Of a stretch of DNA of 42,718 bases, positions 8,592 through 18,360 are shown piece after piece. The notes under the pieces were generated by a model. That model worked only from the letters and a program-made list of their open reading frames with translations, ran no database searches and was not told where the DNA came from. The stretch is from a virus: UHGV virus genome UHGV-0332340; one strand, 5' to 3'. The position numbers were made by a program, and so were the translations under genes. How positions within the stretch are numbered: the first letter of the stretch is position 1; the number at the start of each line of letters is the position of its first letter.

Positions 8592-9353
8592 TCATCTTAA
8601 TAGCCAGCTGTCAACATCTTTTTGTAAAATTTTTCCTTTTGAACGTTTAATTAATCCATCAAACGTGCGGTAGGTTTCTGACTGGTGTAGCTCTATATTA
8701 ATCATATCATCTTTACCAAATTTGTCAACAAATAACTCTCGTTCTGTTGTACTTAAATGACGGTAACTACCATTACTAAAGACGTCATATCCAGTGTGCG
8801 TTTTAGTTGATTCGTAAAATTCAATCACTTTAGGGTCATAATTAGCTTCAAGTAATAGGGTATCAATCTTTAAATCATTTTCCAATAGATACTTTTCATA
8901 GTCTGTCATTGTACTTAAGTCTGTGGCAAATAGAGTGTTTTGGTTAGGGGTCTCCATGATGAAACCATGTGTTTCTGTATACTCTTCCCCAGCTCCATGA
9001 TAATTCTGAAGGGTTGTGAACTTAACTTCACCAATTTGAAATTGGAAGTCATCTTTGAAAATAAGGTCTAACAGTGGTAAGTTACGTCTCTTTAAGTTAT
9101 CTTGTACTTCCTGGTTGCCTAATACTTTAATGTGCGGAAAGTTTTCTCTTATTTTTTTATATGTTGTATATACAAGGTGGTCTTGGTGTTTATGTGTTAT
9201 TAGAATAAATTGCTTGTTAAATAAATAGGGCTCAATATATTTATATGGCTTCCCTATGTCAATTAAGAATCCTAACTTATCATAATAGATAGAAGCGCAG
9301 TTTCCTTTACTTCCTGTATAGTGAATATCAAAACTCATGGTTTCTGTTTTCAT
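8592..9353 (-). CDS. Metallo-beta-lactamase-fold hydrolase
   Basis: HxHxDH motif (ITHKHQDH) and later His/Asp residues, 253 aa. Common in phage recombination modules. Confidence 0.65.
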   Translation of the reverse strand: MKTETMSFDIHYTGSKGNCASIYYDKLGFLIDIGKPYKYIEPYLFNKQFILITHKHQDHLVYTTYKKIRENFPHIKVLGNQEVQDNLKRRNLPLLDLIFKDDFQFQIGEVKFTTLQNYHGAGEEYTETHGFIMETPNQNTLFATDLSTMTDYEKYLLENDLKIDTLLLEANYDPKVIEFYESTKTHTGYDVFSNGSYRHLSTTERELFVDKFGKDDMINIELHQSETYRTFDGLIKRSKGKILQKDVDSWLLR

Positions 9354-9798
9354 ATGACGCGCCCTCCAACTCCCACAATTCTCTACCTAATTTATTAGCT
9401 TCTTTCCAATGTTTTTTCTCACACGCTTCTCCAATAGCTACAATTAAAGCATGTCGTTTTGGCTCTACTTTCTTTCTGAAAGGACGTGCCACACGTTGTA
9501 GGCCTTCTTTTGGATTAATTGCGTAACCAATATTGGTATAGTGACTATTTTGTACGTTACCGTCTTTGAAATATAAATAACCTAAGTTATGCTCGTTTCT
9601 AACAAACATCTCTGCTACTAATTGAGAGACGTAGAACTTGCGTGACTTCTTATGTGAGCCTTCAAGTACTACATACATCTTTCCATTCTTTGAATCAACT
9701 AGTTCATTTTCATATCGCTCTTTGTCTAAATGAAACACATGCCCCTCATCTGTTATGGCATACATGTCGTATGGTTCGTTTAATGGTTCAAATCTCAT
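9328..9798 (-). CDS. HNH homing endonuclease (HNH_3-like)
   Basis: An HVFHL...SQLVAEMF...GYLYFKDGNVQN pattern resembling HNH_3/AP2 homing endonucleases. Overlaps the flanking genes, as expected for a free-standing insertion. Confidence 0.55.
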   Translation of the reverse strand: MRFEPLNEPYDMYAITDEGHVFHLDKERYENELVDSKNGKMYVVLEGSHKKSRKFYVSQLVAEMFVRNEHNLGYLYFKDGNVQNSHYTNIGYAINPKEGLQRVARPFRKKVEPKRHALIVAIGEACEKKHWKEANKLGRELWELEGASYENRNHEF

Positions 9799-10282
9799 CT
9801 TGTTTTTCCTCCAATTTTATTAGTTGGTCTACATAGACCTTCACTTTTTTCAAATCTTCAATACCATTTTTTTGCTTATATCTATGCGTATATTTGTAGA
9901 TGTTCGCTTTGTAGAAACCACGTAATTCTTCGTAGGTTAGTAAGTCGTCTTCTAACACGTCAAAGAGTTGTTTACCTGATTTAGTTTTGTAACGTGTTGT
10001 ATTTTGTAGCTCTTCACAGGTTAGTAAGTCGTCTTCTAATACATCAAAGAGCTGTCTACCTGAGTTGGATCTGTAACGTTTGGTTTTTTGTAGTTCTTCA
10101 TATTCATTATTTTTATTGTCAGGAGTTAACTGTTGCGGATTAAAGGAGTGAAAGCCTTTGTTACGTAAGTATACTCTTATTGGATAGGTGTTGTCACTTA
10201 TTGCAGTTATAACACCTTTTAATCCAATATAACTCTTATTGCTGTATTCTGTTACTCTGACCTTATCTCCAACTTTAAACAT
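9788..10282 (-). CDS. Hypothetical protein with KOW-like N-terminus and internal 28-aa tandem repeat
   Basis: N-terminus is MFKVGDKVRV. Two copies of EELQxTxRYxSxSGxQLFDVLEDDLLTxEEL are encoded by an 84-bp tandem DNA repeat at 9934-10101. Confidence 0.45.
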   Translation of the reverse strand: MFKVGDKVRVTEYSNKSYIGLKGVITAISDNTYPIRVYLRNKGFHSFNPQQLTPDNKNNEYEELQKTKRYRSNSGRQLFDVLEDDLLTCEELQNTTRYKTKSGKQLFDVLEDDLLTYEELRGFYKANIYKYTHRYKQKNGIEDLKKVKVYVDQLIKLEEKQDEI

Positions 10283-10421
10283 TTTATCAAATCCTCTCTC
10301 TTTTAACTATTTTAATAGTACCACATTCTTGTTTCAAAGTCAACACAAAAGTTTTGTTTTATGATATAATTAATTATAGGGATATTTCTCCTCCCTCCTC
10401 TCGTTAAGACTAGTCAATTGA

Positions 10422-10622
10422 CTAGTCTTTTTGTTTATAGTTTTGAATATCTGATAAATATCCAAAAACCTCGCGCGCGGTATGAAACTCAACTTTATGA
10501 GTGTCTTGTGGTTCATTAACATGAAAAATCTCTACATAATATTTTAACTCAAATCGTGATTGACTGAATACTGTCACACAATACCCATTTTTAAACTCTG
10601 TGCTAAATAATCGTTTATCCAT
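10422..10622 (-). CDS. Hypothetical protein
   Basis: 66-aa ORF lying directly after the primase gene. Confidence 0.35.
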   Translation of the reverse strand: MDKRLFSTEFKNGYCVTVFSQSRFELKYYVEIFHVNEPQDTHKVEFHTAREVFGYLSDIQNYKQKD

Positions 10623-10624
10623 TA

Positions 10625-11368
10625 TTAGTCCTCCATCCTTCTTATTTCACGCTTACGAACGCTCTCATATGTTTGCAGTACTTCATCCTCTGATAATGGT
10701 GGATTACAGCCAATCTGGTTTATATATAGAGACCACACACGCACCTCATCATGGTTTAATCCAGTTGCAAATAATTTACCAATCTGAGTAGTTAGCCAGA
10801 TATTTCTTCCGCCTTCCCCACTACCTGCAATTATATCACCTAATAAGTTCGCCGTCCATTTTCTTTCTCGCTTCTTATTCTTTTTAGTAATCGTTTTATC
10901 TGTGAACATTTCTAACCACTTCTCAGGTAACTCTGCGAGTTCTACGTCACGCACTACTTCGTAATACTTTCCGTCAATTTGGCTAGGTGGTGCAACAACG
11001 TACCTACCATGGACTTGGAAGTCAACGCCTTCTAGCTGCGAATGATTTTGAATAAATTGTGTTTCATTATATTTCTCATCTAATTTGAAATAAAAATGAT
11101 AGCCTCCGCTTGGCGTCTTGACAACCTTGGTCTTTGGCAATTCAATGTCATACGTATCCAAAAACTCTATTAAGTTACCCATACCATTCACACCTTTATG
11201 AGTGTCAATATCAATTACTGCAATCCCACTGGATGAGCCAGTGAGTATACCCACGTTGCCACCTTCTTGCACCCATGATTGAATTAATTTAAAATCTTCT
11301 CCATCAAACGCTCCAGCTACTAGTGGCGCTTTACCATTTTTCCTTAGTCTTAATTGTTTCATTTTCAT
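10625..11368 (-). CDS. Bifunctional primase-polymerase (Prim-Pol, AEP) N-terminal domain protein
   Basis: VIDIDTHKG and TPSGGYHFYF motifs typical of the Prim-Pol catalytic domain. Conserved early promoter with an operator-like palindrome upstream. Confidence 0.7.
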   Translation of the reverse strand: MKMKQLRLRKNGKAPLVAGAFDGEDFKLIQSWVQEGGNVGILTGSSSGIAVIDIDTHKGVNGMGNLIEFLDTYDIELPKTKVVKTPSGGYHFYFKLDEKYNETQFIQNHSQLEGVDFQVHGRYVVAPPSQIDGKYYEVVRDVELAELPEKWLEMFTDKTITKKNKKRERKWTANLLGDIIAGSGEGGRNIWLTTQIGKLFATGLNHDEVRVWSLYINQIGCNPPLSEDEVLQTYESVRKREIRRMED

Positions 11369-11369
11369 T

Positions 11370-11420
11370 CCTCCTCTTATTTATGTACTAAGTATAACAC
11401 CCCAGTTAAGGGGTGTCAAC
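11370..11420 (-). promoter_or_regulatory. Early promoter P3 with spacer palindrome (ACACCCCAGTTAAGGGGTGT)
   Basis: TTGACA, 17-nt spacer, then TATACTTAGTACATAAATAAGAGGAGG. The spacer holds a 7-bp inverted repeat. Confidence 0.6.
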
Positions 11421-11426
11421 TAGTTT

Positions 11427-11582
11427 CTACAATTTATTTATATATTTTAGATACGTGTTTACCCACAGTCCTACCCGTGGCTTCTCTGTGAAGTTGAATG
11501 ACTTAATCACTTGCTTTTTAAATTTAATATCAGGTAGTGTGCGTGTTGGTTTCTTAAAGTAGCCTTTATATCTCTTTTTCAT
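11427..11582 (-). CDS. Small basic protein (51 aa), translationally coupled
   Basis: ATGA overlap with the helicase stop. Lys/Arg-rich (MKKRYKGYFKKPTRTLPDIKFKK...). Too short for the ORF track. Confidence 0.35.
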   Translation of the reverse strand: MKKRYKGYFKKPTRTLPDIKFKKQVIKSFNFTEKPRVGLWVNTYLKYINKL

Positions 11583-12871
11583 TTCACACTCTCCTCAATC
11601 ATTTCATTTGTAAAGTCTTTTCCATTTGTGACTGTCTCAAAAATCTTTTTCTCAATAGGTGTATCAGGCACAATATGATAATACAGTGGGGTTTTCTCCT
11701 GTCCATGTCTATCCGTTCTGCCTTTTGCTTGTAAATACTCTGTGGAGCTTAGAGGCATAGAATTGAATATTGTTACATTACTAATTACAAAATCGTTTAT
11801 ACCTGTTGAGGCTGACTTGTATTGGGCTAGTACTACACCATTTTCATTGTTTTTGAAGTTGTCTAATTCTTTTAGGTTTCCATTGTATACACCATATGGT
11901 CGTTTCAATTTATCTAATAGCATACGTAACATTAAATACTCAGCTCTATAAGTGTAGAAGATAACCACACGTTCGTCATTGTGTGTCTCTAAAATTGATT
12001 CTAAGCGTTCAAATGGTTCTTTAGAGACTGGTTTGAGTACCCCCTCTAGAAAACCATGACTGATTTGTCTGAGTCTGTTAAATAGATTACTTGCATTATC
12101 TAATTCAACAATGTTATCGTAATCATCTTTGTAAATTCTATTTTTCTTCAGCTTATTGTACATAGCAGGTTTCTTTGTTTTGTAAACGTAATCTTGTGGT
12201 AAATAACCTTTATCCCGTTTGTAGTGTACACTTGCATTGTCTATCATTTGTTGAAGTAGGTGTTCATTCTGATAGCCCACTATATCCATGAAACGCATTG
12301 CGCCCATCTGTCTCATTTGTTTGATAACAAATAGTTGCTCAAACTCTTTCTTAGGCTTTCTAAACACGTTTGCTATATATAGTTGTGAGTACCAGTTTTC
12401 TAGTTTTCCATTGCTGACAGGCGTTGCTGTGCATAAATAAGTGTGTTTGGCTTTCTTACTAAGTTGCATTACAAACTTAGTTACTTTAGATTTAGATACA
12501 CCAACTTTGTGTGATTCATCAATGATAATGAAGGTATCTTTGTCTACCCATTTTACCAACTCAGTTAAGCGCCAACTACTCTCAAAGCTGATTGCCACAT
12601 GGTTTGATTCTTCTAATAGCTCACGATTTTTCTTTGTGCCTTTGTTGAGTGCTGTAATCTTCAAACCAAATGCTTCTCCATCGTCTACAAAATCATTTAC
12701 TTTAGGTGCTAGACAAATGATTAATAGTTTATTACACTCACTTTTTACATATGAGCCAATACTCATGTATGACTTCCCTGTTCCAACGTCTGATAGATTC
12801 AGTGGCTTAGTCTCAAAATTTTCAATTGCCTCTTTCTGATAGTCAAATAAATTCAACGTACTACCTCCCAT
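11579..12871 (-). CDS. SF2 (SNF2/DEAD-like) helicase
   Basis: Walker A DVGTGKS and DExH box IIDESHK. 430 aa with C-terminal helicase motifs. Confidence 0.7.
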   Translation of the reverse strand: MGGSTLNLFDYQKEAIENFETKPLNLSDVGTGKSYMSIGSYVKSECNKLLIICLAPKVNDFVDDGEAFGLKITALNKGTKKNRELLEESNHVAISFESSWRLTELVKWVDKDTFIIIDESHKVGVSKSKVTKFVMQLSKKAKHTYLCTATPVSNGKLENWYSQLYIANVFRKPKKEFEQLFVIKQMRQMGAMRFMDIVGYQNEHLLQQMIDNASVHYKRDKGYLPQDYVYKTKKPAMYNKLKKNRIYKDDYDNIVELDNASNLFNRLRQISHGFLEGVLKPVSKEPFERLESILETHNDERVVIFYTYRAEYLMLRMLLDKLKRPYGVYNGNLKELDNFKNNENGVVLAQYKSASTGINDFVISNVTIFNSMPLSSTEYLQAKGRTDRHGQEKTPLYYHIVPDTPIEKKIFETVTNGKDFTNEMIEESVK

Positions 12872-13129
12872 TTATACCATATATTTACTAACTTCATATA
12901 CTCTTCATTTGCTGCATATACTGACACCTGTTTTATATACAATATTTTAGCTTTCATAATCCAACTCATACTAAACGTACCTCCTTGATACCCTCTAATT
13001 CTAGAGTGTTGTGTGCATAATCTACAGCGTCAAAAAGTGTTAATGCGGGAATTTCAATCTTGTATTCTTTTGATGTAATATATCTGCCATCATATTGTTT
13101 CTTTTCATACGTAATTAAATACTCTTTAA

Positions 13130-13318
13130 TCAAAATTGAATCACCGCCGTTATCATATTATTTGGGTTGACATAAAGTTCTGATACTTGCATAAAATCTA
13201 TTTGAGCTGAAAAGAAAGAGCTTGCTAATTGTTGTGGTAAATACTCTAATCCATTAATTTCTAAAATCGTTTCATCAATATCAACACAGTTTAAAAAGTC
13301 TCGTAGCTTAATCATACT
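13130..13318 (-). CDS. Hypothetical small protein (internal start MIKLRDF...)
   Basis: The tracked ORF 13130-13453 overlaps the VRR-NUC gene out of frame. Only the part downstream of 13318 is likely to be real. Confidence 0.25.
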   Translation of the reverse strand, partial: SMIKLRDFLNCVDIDETILEINGLEYLPQQLASSFFSAQIDFMQVSELYVNPNNMITAVIQF

Positions 13319-13658
13319 CAATCTCTCCAATCTTAATTTCTGGTAATTCTGGTTGTTTATATTGACGTTCAATGCCATTATCAATACAAGATAATAAAAC
13401 CATGAGTTCTTGAAGTGTGTCACGCAGAAGCAGTCCAAAGCCTCCAGCGTCACGTACTTTTTGTAAGTAACTGATCTGTAATGGGTCTGGTTGATAGTTA
13501 CCTACCTTTAATTCTAAGCTAATCCAATATCCTTTGTAACAGCATTCTACATCAGAACGACCAACTTTGTCAAACATATTTGCGGTGTTGACGTTTACTA
13601 ATGCACCTTTTTCTTTTAAATATTTTACTACTTGTTTACTGAATTGACTTTCTTTCAT
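13308..13658 (-). CDS. VRR-NUC domain nuclease
   Basis: 116 aa with a VRR-NUC-like pattern (KESQFSKQVVKYLK...D..C..KG..I.LELK). Confidence 0.55.
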   Translation of the reverse strand: MKESQFSKQVVKYLKEKGALVNVNTANMFDKVGRSDVECCYKGYWISLELKVGNYQPDPLQISYLQKVRDAGGFGLLLRDTLQELMVLLSCIDNGIERQYKQPELPEIKIGEIEYD

Positions 13659-13882
13659 GATTTCTTACTCAATCCTTTCTTTTTACCTGTTGCTTTCTCT
13701 TCACAAATAACTAGTACTTCATCAATTGTCAAGCCTGAGTCTTTCATGTGTTGTAATAGCCCACCATATAGTGCCCACATATATGTCTGTTCTTCCTCAC
13801 CATATTTTGAGAGTACTTTTGACTCTAATCTATCTGCAATAGCGTCCCATTCTTTTAATGTTAACATCATTCTTCCTCCCAA
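13655..13882 (-). CDS. Hypothetical protein
   Basis: 75-aa ORF overlapping its neighbours by 4 nt. Confidence 0.4.
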   Translation of the reverse strand: MGGRMMLTLKEWDAIADRLESKVLSKYGEEEQTYMWALYGGLLQHMKDSGLTIDEVLVICEEKATGKKKGLSKKS

Positions 13883-14082
13883 TTAATAATGTTAGTTGTA
13901 ATAGCGTCTTCTAAGTAGCGCTTTACACGTTGTGCCTCTTCCCGAGTTAGTGTTACAATGGCATTATCATCTTCATCGTCTATTAATCCAATGTAAATAT
14001 CACTATTGTTGTCATACGTTCCAACGTACACTTGCTCATTCGTTTCTGTTGTTAGTTCTTTTCTGTAATTGATTTTATCCAT
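13867..14082 (-). CDS. Hypothetical acidic protein
   Basis: 71 aa, rich in Asp/Glu. Confidence 0.4.
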   Translation of the reverse strand: MDKINYRKELTTETNEQVYVGTYDNNSDIYIGLIDDEDDNAIVTLTREEAQRVKRYLEDAITTNIINWEEE

Positions 14083-14083
14083 A

Positions 14084-14293
14084 TTAAACCACCTTCACTA
14101 TTCTAACTTGTTTTAATGTGTATCCTCGTAATTTGTAATGTTTAGCCAGCTTCGTTATGCTATATTGATCTATAGGTACGTCGTACATATCCCTTACCCA
14201 TTCTCCTTTATCGTTCAATACTTCTATGGCATACGTGTGTTCTGGATGTCTACCAACAGTGTACATTTTAATATCCTCCTTTAGAAAGACCAT
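14084..14293 (-). CDS. Hypothetical protein
   Basis: 69-aa ORF packed tightly against its neighbours. Confidence 0.4.
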   Translation of the reverse strand: MVFLKEDIKMYTVGRHPEHTYAIEVLNDKGEWVRDMYDVPIDQYSITKLAKHYKLRGYTLKQVRIVKVV

Positions 14294-14712
14294 TCTCTGT
14301 GCTGTAATTTTAGAATAAACTCATTGTTAATTGGAACAACACTGACAACTTCCATATCTTTAAACTTTTCAATAAATTCAGATTTTGTGTAAGTTTGCTT
14401 TTCACCAAATACTTTGAAATTAGTGTGTTCAAAAAAGGGTTGTAGTACAAATTGTACGGCGTGAAACTTATACTCAACTTCATGTTTGATATCTCCTATT
14501 CTATCACTAACAATCCAAGCAATTTCATGTTCAATCTTTTGGGCTTGCTCATCTGTTAAGTCATAGTAAATTCCACTTGGTTCAAGACAATCATCACATA
14601 AATGATTGTCTGAACGATAATCTTCATTCCAATACTTAATTCCTTTACATTTCTTGCATTGTCCTTTTGTCCATTCTATAGAGTCTGATGTATAGATAGT
14701 TTCGTTTTCCAT
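14281..14712 (-). CDS. Zinc-ribbon (Cys4) protein
   Basis: CKKCKG...CDDC cysteine pairs near the N-terminus. Confidence 0.45.
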   Translation of the reverse strand: MENETIYTSDSIEWTKGQCKKCKGIKYWNEDYRSDNHLCDDCLEPSGIYYDLTDEQAQKIEHEIAWIVSDRIGDIKHEVEYKFHAVQFVLQPFFEHTNFKVFGEKQTYTKSEFIEKFKDMEVVSVVPINNEFILKLQHREWSF

Positions 14713-15024
14713 CTTAATATCCTCCTTCTTCTAACCAGTGTATAAGTACTCCTGCTCCGTAAATTACTGCTCCAATAAATAATAACCCCATCATCATAAA
14801 TGTCATGTTTGTTTCCTCCTTAGGTGTTTTTAAATTCAATATAACATTTGTAAAGTGTGTAGCAATATATTGGCATTGCTAACAAGTTTATTGGATTTTG
14901 TTTGTATGTTACAACGCCCATCAATATGCCTAAATAAATAATTGCTTTTTTCATGTTACTTCCTCCTTCTCTATATTTATATAATACAATACCCTCAACA
15001 ATAAGTCAAGGGTAAAGTTTAAAA

Positions 15025-15249
15025 TTATTCAATTATTTTCACAATAGATACAATGTGCTCTACTCTAAATATACTATCATACTTGGTTGGTGTTCTACCT
15101 GGTTTTTGTTCACCCTCATACTCAAAACGCCACAAACCTTTACCATCTGTTTCTGCAACGGTGTCCCAATATTTTTCTTGTAGATCGTCGTTTGTTCTGA
15201 CTACAAATGGTGTATCACTGTTTACTGTGTATACATAATACTTGTTCAT
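15025..15249 (-). CDS. Hypothetical protein
   Basis: 74-aa ORF. Confidence 0.4.
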   Translation of the reverse strand: MNKYYVYTVNSDTPFVVRTNDDLQEKYWDTVAETDGKGLWRFEYEGEQKPGRTPTKYDSIFRVEHIVSIVKIIE

Positions 15250-15260
15250 TCCGTTTCCTC

Positions 15261-16847
15261 CTATTCTACATCATTGAAAATGTTTACATACTCTGTTCCT
15301 GCTAATGCGTTCATTAAATATGGTCTAATTGACTCATTGTCTCCGTTGCGTGCAATCTTTAGACCAGTGAGGACACGTGCTTTACTTGTACGCTTTTCTT
15401 CAAAACCTTGTTTAAGTAATAATTCTTTCATGGTACGCCAGTTCATTGATTTGTTAATATTATTCTCTTTAGTGTACACATTAAAAATATTCTTCAATAG
15501 TGTTAGATTAACAGTGCCTTCTTCATCTTCCACAATGACAGGTACTTCACTCAAAAACTCTTTAGATGGGTCATTTGATTCAATATAAGCTTTCTTGAAG
15601 GCAATCATATCTTCTGTTTCTGTGAATGGGTTTTCACCATTTGTACCAGCATCTAAAATCTTTTTGAATTGTTGAATACAGAACCATGCAAATTTACCAA
15701 GTTGCTCTTTTGACTCACGTTCCTCACGTTGTTTGTTGAACTCATTAATACGTTCACGTGCTTCTGGTGTATCAAGATTGGTGTTGAAGTTTAGAATCAG
15801 AATACGTCTATACCATCCATTTGTACGGTCGTTAAATGCTGGTAGTTCATTCATGGAGAACATTAATTTCGCATAGTTGGTGAAACTAAACGCATCTTTT
15901 CCTTTTTTCTCAGCGTGAACGGCATCAAGACCTCCTGAAAGCTTTTTCAGTGTCTCTGTACCTTTTACAAAGTTTGCACTTGAATCCGCTTCAAAGTTTA
16001 GTAATTTATGGTGCAATGAAGCCTTGTCAAAACGATTGTTTTTATCTGCTAAGCTGTCTAGACCAACTGCTGAGCTGTTTTTGAATCCAATTAATTTGTT
16101 CATGATAAATCCACCTACATATGATTTACCGTTTGACCCATTACCTAAGAGGTATAAAATAGATTGATATTTGTATTCTCTATAATACATATACCCAATG
16201 TACTCATATAATGTTTGGGCTTGGTCTTTTAGTAGATAATCAATCCATTGTTTTGCGAGTAGTTCATCTGTCTCATCTGTTTTTATTAAAGGGTATGGTA
16301 ATTGAAGTGTGTGGTAATCTTCTAATCTGGTCTCTCTAATATCATTTGTTTTAAAGTCATATGTCCCATTTTCAAAGGCAATAATGTTTGGGTTAGGGTT
16401 GTCACCTAGTGGGGCGTGTTCCCCACGTGTCATGGAGCGATTAGCTAACTCAGGAGCTAGTTTCTTCATTTCTTTGCGAATCTCATTCCCGAATTCTGGA
16501 TTTCTGAATTGTGGTGTGAATTTTGGTGCTAAAATGTTCTCAAAATACCAATCTGAATATTTGTAACTACCTAGATTTACCTCAGACCAGATACGTGTGT
16601 CTGCATTATATACGTATGGCGCATTCAAGTTAGGGTGAGCGTACACATAGGCTAGCTGGTTAAATTTATCAATGAATAATTCCTGTTGAATCTCAAATTT
16701 TGGTTGTGTACCATCTTTGCCTCCGTAGTACATCCTTCCTACTTCTGAATTGAAGTCCACAAACTCCTCACTTGGAAAGTTTTTATTTGAAACTGGTAGT
16801 AATTCCTCAACTGGTGCTGAGTAATCTATTTTAGTTAGTTCATTCAT
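15261..16847 (-). CDS. D5/P4-type primase C-terminal domain + SF3 helicase
   Basis: Walker A LLGNGSNGKS, Walker B LLNFEAD and motif C FSMNELP give an SF3 NTPase. The N-terminal ~230 aa resemble a primase C-terminal/D5_N region. Confidence 0.65.
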   Translation of the reverse strand: MNELTKIDYSAPVEELLPVSNKNFPSEEFVDFNSEVGRMYYGGKDGTQPKFEIQQELFIDKFNQLAYVYAHPNLNAPYVYNADTRIWSEVNLGSYKYSDWYFENILAPKFTPQFRNPEFGNEIRKEMKKLAPELANRSMTRGEHAPLGDNPNPNIIAFENGTYDFKTNDIRETRLEDYHTLQLPYPLIKTDETDELLAKQWIDYLLKDQAQTLYEYIGYMYYREYKYQSILYLLGNGSNGKSYVGGFIMNKLIGFKNSSAVGLDSLADKNNRFDKASLHHKLLNFEADSSANFVKGTETLKKLSGGLDAVHAEKKGKDAFSFTNYAKLMFSMNELPAFNDRTNGWYRRILILNFNTNLDTPEARERINEFNKQREERESKEQLGKFAWFCIQQFKKILDAGTNGENPFTETEDMIAFKKAYIESNDPSKEFLSEVPVIVEDEEGTVNLTLLKNIFNVYTKENNINKSMNWRTMKELLLKQGFEEKRTSKARVLTGLKIARNGDNESIRPYLMNALAGTEYVNIFNDVE

Positions 16848-17368
16848 TATTCCATTTCCTCCTTATATTTAAACGTGTAGCCCCCAGTTTGATTCAGTCT
16901 ACCTTGCAGTGCTCGTGAAATGCTAGGTTGATGTAAGCTCAATTCTCTGGCGCATTCGTTTGAGCTATTGAAGTCTGTAGATTCACCCGTTTTGATATTA
17001 GTTGCAATGATTGGAATACTTTGCGTTTTAGTAATCGCTTTACCTATTCTTTCATTGCGTGTTCCGTGATTATTATTTTCTTTTGCAGTAACCCATTCTA
17101 GGTTGTCAACTCTATTGTTTGTTTTATCTTCGTCAATATGATTCACTTGCGATTTGTTATCTGGGTTTGGTATAAACGCTTGTGCTACTAGTCTATGAAT
17201 TCGCTTGTTAGACTTAGTACTGTTTTTGAATAGCCCCACTCTTAGATATCCCTGTGAATTAATATAACTCTTCAAAATACGGTTAGTATTAACTCGCTTA
17301 ACTCTTCCCAAATTACTCACTTGATAGATACCTTCATAGTCTTTAATATCTTTCCAAATTTCATTCAT
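16847..17368 (-). CDS. HNH homing endonuclease (NUMOD4 + HNH_3)
   Basis: WKDIKDYEGIYQVSNLGRVKR is a NUMOD4 motif. HRLVAQAF...VNHID.DKTNNRVDNLEWVT is an HNH_3 motif. ATGA overlap with the helicase gene. Confidence 0.8.
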   Translation of the reverse strand: MNEIWKDIKDYEGIYQVSNLGRVKRVNTNRILKSYINSQGYLRVGLFKNSTKSNKRIHRLVAQAFIPNPDNKSQVNHIDEDKTNNRVDNLEWVTAKENNNHGTRNERIGKAITKTQSIPIIATNIKTGESTDFNSSNECARELSLHQPSISRALQGRLNQTGGYTFKYKEEME

Positions 17369-17430
17369 TTTTAATTCCCCCTTATGTACTTAGTATAGCA
17401 CAAATGAAAACTTTGTGCTATACCTTTTAA

Positions 17431-17613
17431 TTAAAAATATTTAGCAATTGATTCAACTGAGTCTTTTATATCTAATTGAGTACCGTTTGACAGGATAACA
17501 ATAGTGTATTCCCAAGCTTTGTTGTGATAGAATGCCGCAATGTGATTAATGTTTACATATACAGTTGTTTCATCAATTCTGGTCAATGTGATTAGTTCGT
17601 TCGTTTTATTCAT
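17431..17613 (-). CDS. Hypothetical protein
   Basis: 60-aa ORF. Confidence 0.35.
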   Translation of the reverse strand: MNKTNELITLTRIDETTVYVNINHIAAFYHNKAWEYTIVILSNGTQLDIKDSVESIAKYF

Positions 17614-17785
17614 AATTCACCTCAAATTCTAATACCTGCTCTTTTTGAATATAGGTTTTTACTTTATTGGTATTATCATATAAAATTAAATAGTCATCTT
17701 CAAAGTAATACTTATCAATGTAATTAAATTCAGTTACTTCTATACCTTCTCCAGCATTGTATTTTGTCAATAATACTTTAAACAT
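17606..17785 (-). CDS. Hypothetical small protein (59 aa)
   Basis: Manual translation gives MFKVLLTKYNAGEG...EVNYE. Its stop overlaps the start of the next gene. Confidence 0.3.
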   Translation of the reverse strand: MFKVLLTKYNAGEGIEVTEFNYIDKYYFEDDYLILYDNTNKVKTYIQKEQVLEFEVNYE

Positions 17786-17803
17786 TATTTTGTCATCCTC
17801 TCT

Positions 17804-18124
17804 TTATTTCGCAAAATAACCTTTTATATATGCCAAGCGTTGTGAATCGTTGTCATACATATTATTAGCTCTGAGAATTACTTTGTTAACATCAAAGGCT
17901 GTATACTTGCGTTTCTCAGTCTCTACTTTTGATTGCGTCTCTTTTAATTTAAATTGATAATCAGTTTTATTCAAATACTTATTTGTCCATTTAGCACCAT
18001 CATCATCAACCAGACATAGTTCACCCCAACTGTTTACTATTACTTTATACTCTTTACCTACTGTCCACCATGGTCTATCTGCCTTGATACAAACATATGT
18101 TTGTCCTTCTTTTAAGTTTAACAT
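17804..18124 (-). CDS. Hypothetical protein
   Basis: 106 aa with RBS GAGGAGG. Confidence 0.45.
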   Translation of the reverse strand: MLNLKEGQTYVCIKADRPWWTVGKEYKVIVNSWGELCLVDDDGAKWTNKYLNKTDYQFKLKETQSKVETEKRKYTAFDVNKVILRANNMYDNDSQRLAYIKGYFAK

Positions 18125-18186
18125 TTCATTTTCCTCCTCTGTTATGATTACACTACTAAGCTTACTTGTTGTTAGTTTAAACGTTA

Positions 18187-18348
18187 CTATCTATTATAAT
18201 TTGTTGCTTCCTTACAGTCAATAATTTTATAGTGTTTTTTGGGATATGTCAAGCGAAAGTCATCAATTGCAGCTCTCATTGTTTCAGCTAGATAGCTTAA
18301 TTGAATAGTTTGTGTGTGTCGTTTTGCTAGAATGATAAATGTGCTCAT
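18187..18348 (-). CDS. Hypothetical small protein (53 aa)
   Basis: RBS TAGGAGT followed by ATG. Fills the otherwise empty 18125-18360 gap. Confidence 0.25.
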   Translation of the reverse strand: MSTFIILAKRHTQTIQLSYLAETMRAAIDDFRLTYPKKHYKIIDCKEATNYNR

Positions 18349-18360
18349 ATTATTTTACTC

